A stretch of 64,000 bases of DNA from Octopus vulgaris. Its lineage: Eukaryota. Shown here piece by piece: positions 60,124 through 64,000 of the stretch (positions within the stretch are counted from its first letter, which is position 1; every line of letters begins with the position of its first letter). Both the position numbers and the translations under genes were made by a program. The notes below the pieces were generated by a model, which was not told where the DNA came from, made no database searches, and was given only the letters and a program-made list of their open reading frames with translations. The stretch covers positions 172,546,001-172,610,000 of the forward strand of contig OX597815.1 of assembly GCA_951406725.2 (NCBI GenBank). The letters are read 5' to 3'.

Positions 60124-61829
60124 TATAACCCACTGCAAAGTTGCAAAGTATAATTCCTTTCATTCTTCATTTGTTTATTGTTCTCATAAGATCAATGTGC
60201 AAATCATATGTCTGTAAGTATTTTCTTTCAGCATTTACAGTTTATTCTCAGATGGTGTGTAACTTGATGTTCATCATTCTTAAATTACTGTTGGAAACAT
60301 AACACAACAAGCTTATCAACAGCTCCTAAAAAAGTCCAACATTTTTAATTCTGAGTTTTTATCAAAAGAAATTATTAAGAAGATTGGGGTAACTGGAAAA
60401 TGAATATTATTCACTAGAATCACGTATATATTTGAACTGAAAGTGGGTTTATATGAATGGTCATAACTGCTTTATAGCCTCCAAGTCAGCCTTGATGATG
60501 CAGGTCATTATCAAAAGTGTTTTAGCTATGACACCTTATCATTTTGTGTGTCTAAAACTATATTGTTCAATGTATTCTTCTTTTACGTACCCTTCGTTAG
60601 GATGTAAATGTAGGGAAATTTAGTTATTCCAAGCAACCATGTAGAAGCCACCTCACCCCATTGGTTCTCTGAAAGAGTATCTGGTTTTTTAGACTGACTT
60701 AATTCAATTGTGGAATCTGAGGAACTTGATTAACTATGGACAAGTGGTAGTTATTGGGTTGAACTCAGTGTTAACTAGTTGGCTGGCTGACAGCTTAAAT
60801 GATAATATACCTAATTGGGACTTTATTGCTAGCTGATAATCTGACTAATGGGAACTTATTTACTGATTGTCTCAAGTGCAGTTTGAAACTACCTACTGAC
60901 TAAGGAGGCTTTACATTTTATAACATGAATATGTATAAGTGTTAGTATGTGTAAATGACTGATTTGCAGGTATTATTTACTAATAAGTTTTCTGGAAAAA
61001 TCTTTACACTTTAGCATTATTTTATTCAAAGAAAGGGATTGCTAACTTTATTCAAAGTCTTGCTGAACTGTTGAGAGGTTTCTGTGAAAGTGTTAGTAGT
61101 AGAAGTTTCGGCAATTGTGTACTTAAGGTCTATGAGAAGCTGGCATTAATAGGTTTAACAAATTTAGTTATCTTAAAAAAGCTTGGTACTTATGACTTTT
61201 CCAGTTTACAATTGCTTTTCTTTGCCATGCTGTGACACATCTCCTAGAATTTATTTCAAAAAACTACTATTTCTGATTAATCATCATCTAATTATCACAT
61301 CTCATTGATTACTTAATCCTAAATGTATCTCCTGTTGTTAGTATTAAATCCATTTAGAATATTCATACTTGTTAGATATGAGGTATTCAAATCTTTTGAT
61401 AAAATTCAATTAACAGTTAGTGGGACATAGAGATGGAGTAAATGATCAAGGTATCCCTATTAAATTAATATTTAATCTGATAGGGATGTTTTTTTTTATA
61501 TATATTAGATTACTGCAGATAGATGAACTTTCTGTTAACAATTTGGGATTCAAGATTCAAAAATGGTGAACAATGTCCAGGAGAATGTTGATTATCAAAT
61601 ATAGTACAATTGGATGCATTTGGAATGTGTAAAATGTAACTACTGCTATTGGAAATCATAAACAAGAAGGAAGAAGATAGAGCAAAAATAAACACTGTGT
61701 ATGAATTATAACATGTGCCATTTGCAAAATTTTTAGTCTTTATTAAACATAATATACTTGAAAATTGTCTCTTGGCTTAGAAAGAGAACTCTATTCAATT
61801 TTCATGAAATGATCGTAATATCCTCTTAA

Positions 61830-62894
61830 CCCTTTCGTTACCAAGCCGCCCGAACAAAATTTTGGTTTATGAAACCAAGCCGCCCGAATTTACCTATTCA
61901 TATTTAAATGAGAATATCAGAGCAAATCTCTTCAGTACATTCGTGAAAACACGTATTATACTTCGTAAACAGTTCAACTACAGTTTTGTACAATAATCGA
62001 AGTGTAATTTTAATTCCGTGAATTTTGGGAGATTTTTTTCCGAAATTTGTTCCTATTGTGTTTTCAAAATTTGTAATTCTGACAAAAAATGGATACGAAT
62101 TTCATTATATCAAGCAGCGAGTCAGAATTCGAAGGATTTTCTACTGAAGACCTTCATAAATCTAACTCTATGACTGAAAAAAAAAAGCATGTGGTATTTG
62201 ATAATGAATCTGATGTTTCATTTTCCGAAAGTGAAAACAGTGAATCTGAGATCTCCGATAGCGATAAAGAAAACGAATTGGCACCTGAATGGAGTGAAAA
62301 TTTAAAAACTGTTTCTTTCGGTGATTTCTCTGAAGAAACTGGACCAAGCCACAGACTTTCCCAGAAGAGTAAAGCCTTAGACTATTTCTTTTTACTTTTT
62401 CGAATGAGCCTATTTGAAATCATTACAGCGGAGACGAACCGTTACGCTAAACGTAAACAAAGCAAAAAAACGATAGTTTGTGGTTTCCCTCAACCTTAAA
62501 TGAAATTAAGACTATTTTGCCGTAAATATTATTATGGGTATCAGAAAGTTACCCAGAATAACAAATTCTATCGTAAAATTTTGTTATATACCCAATTGAA
62601 TATTAGCTAATAACCCATTTTCTATAGCGATGTTTGAACAAAATTTTAATAATTTTATATTTTGTGGAATTTACCTGTATCTACCTGCAATTAGAGTCAC
62701 TTTGTAACAAAAATTATAGTATAGAATTGGTTGAGAATATTTCATTAAATTATCTTCCAAAAATCAGATTGATATATCGATAAATAAAAAAGTTATAGTT
62801 GTTTAATGAAACCAGACTAAATTTATGATTACGTTAGAAATTAATTGAAACACATAAGGGGTGTAATTTGGTCAGAAATATAGTAACGAAAGGG
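61830..62894 (+). mobile_element. Internally deleted piggyBac transposon (transposase N-terminal ORF 62089-62499)
   Basis: TTAA TSD, TIR CCCTTTCGTTAC/GTAACGAAAGGG; acidic N-terminus then GP...ALDYFFLLF...FE.ITAETNRYA. Confidence 0.9.
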
Positions 62895-63519
62895 TTAAAT
62901 TGCTTATATTTCAATGTTTTTATTTTCTATTTCTATTTCTAGCTAACTGAATATCTCTGAAGACCTTTACCTGTATATTCTCTACATAAAAGCTACAATT
63001 AAACATAAACTTGAATTTGTTATTATTTCTTATCTTTTTGTTATTTTGGTGACGAATATTTAATTTTCGGTGAGCTGGCAGAAATGTTAGCATGTCGGGT
63101 GAAATGCTTAGCAGTATTTCATCTGTCTTTTTATTCTGAGTTCAAATTCTACCACAGTTGACTTTGCCTTTCATTCTGTTGGAGTCAATCTAATTGACTG
63201 TCCCCCCTCCCCCAAAATTTCAGGCCTTGTGCCTAGTGTAGAAAAGAATATTTAATTTTGTTGAGATTTCTTTTTAATACAAGAGGATAGATGAATAGTT
63301 ATATATGTGTGTCTATGAACATACATGAATGTTTCTTTCCACATATACAGTAGCTAAGTTGTTTGTTGGCTTCAGTGTAAGAAAGTCAAGCAAAATAAGG
63401 TACCTTACTTGCCAAATCGGTTAAAGATGGTGATGGGAAGGGTATCTTTATAGTAAAAAGATTACAATCTTCAACATTGATTCTTGAAATGCTAAGTATG
63501 TGGAATGTACTGAGAACCA

Positions 63520-64000
63520 CAAATTACAAGTTGGAAAGAATATGTTTCAGTGTTCCGACCTTTCTGCATTTGCATATATCATTCTCTGAGACATTCAATC
63601 TTACTAGATTTGCAGGTGATGGCAAAGCATCATAGGATGAACAAATCAGAAAACTTAGCCAAGATGTGGTCCACTTCCATATCTCATCCCAACTTATTTT
63701 CCTCTCAGCAACATGTTCCTCCCATCTCGTCATCTGTCCTTGTTGAATGCATTGGATTAAATGAAGCTCTCTTCTCTCTGCTTCCCTCGTTTAGACATTG
63801 TTGCTAACAACAGCTCTGTGTTCGCTCAGCATCATACTTGCAAATAGTCTGAACCAATTTGCGCCAAAACCAAGTCCCTTCTGATGAATTTGCATTGCAC
63901 CCACCATATCTCAGTGTGTAAGAGAAGACAGGAGGCCATCAGTTTCTGTTTCTGCTTTCCACTTCCTGGCTGTTTTCACATCTGGTTGATTATGCCTGAT
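63520..64000 (-). mobile_element. HERO/R2-superfamily non-LTR retrotransposon fragment (post-RT region up to the CCHC finger)
   Basis: TRWE....RKISW.EIW...LSFLI.S.YD.LPSPANL...C.C...GTL.HILS; extends past the right edge. Confidence 0.7.

Overview
AT-rich, microsatellite-dense animal genomic DNA. The SINE, RTE and Penelope repertoire points to an octopus or other coleoid cephalopod (inference). Two spliced genes lie head-to-head around a ~90-bp bidirectional promoter at ~49.4 kb. On the - strand is AXDND1: 12 coding exons were traced by hand with consistent GT-AG phases (382 codons), and the gene runs off the left edge. On the + strand is SURF2, whose fourth coding exon is tandemly triplicated and is followed by a related terminal exon. 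The introns are packed with mobile DNA: a 5'-truncated RTE LINE with an uninterrupted ORF and a PHD-like finger inside its RT, a Penelope-like RT+GIY-YIG element with inverted hammerhead-bearing pseudo-LTRs, two Helitron-like elements, piggyBac/mariner/Tc1 derivatives, a Gypsy relic, CR1 and HERO-like fragments and many tRNA-derived SINEs. The most striking unannotated layer is about ten minimal type-I hammerhead ribozyme motifs from about five sequence families, several with non-canonical cores, plus long fold-back repeats near exons. All calls come from manual reading; no searches or folding programs were run. No prokaryotic features or CRISPR arrays are present.
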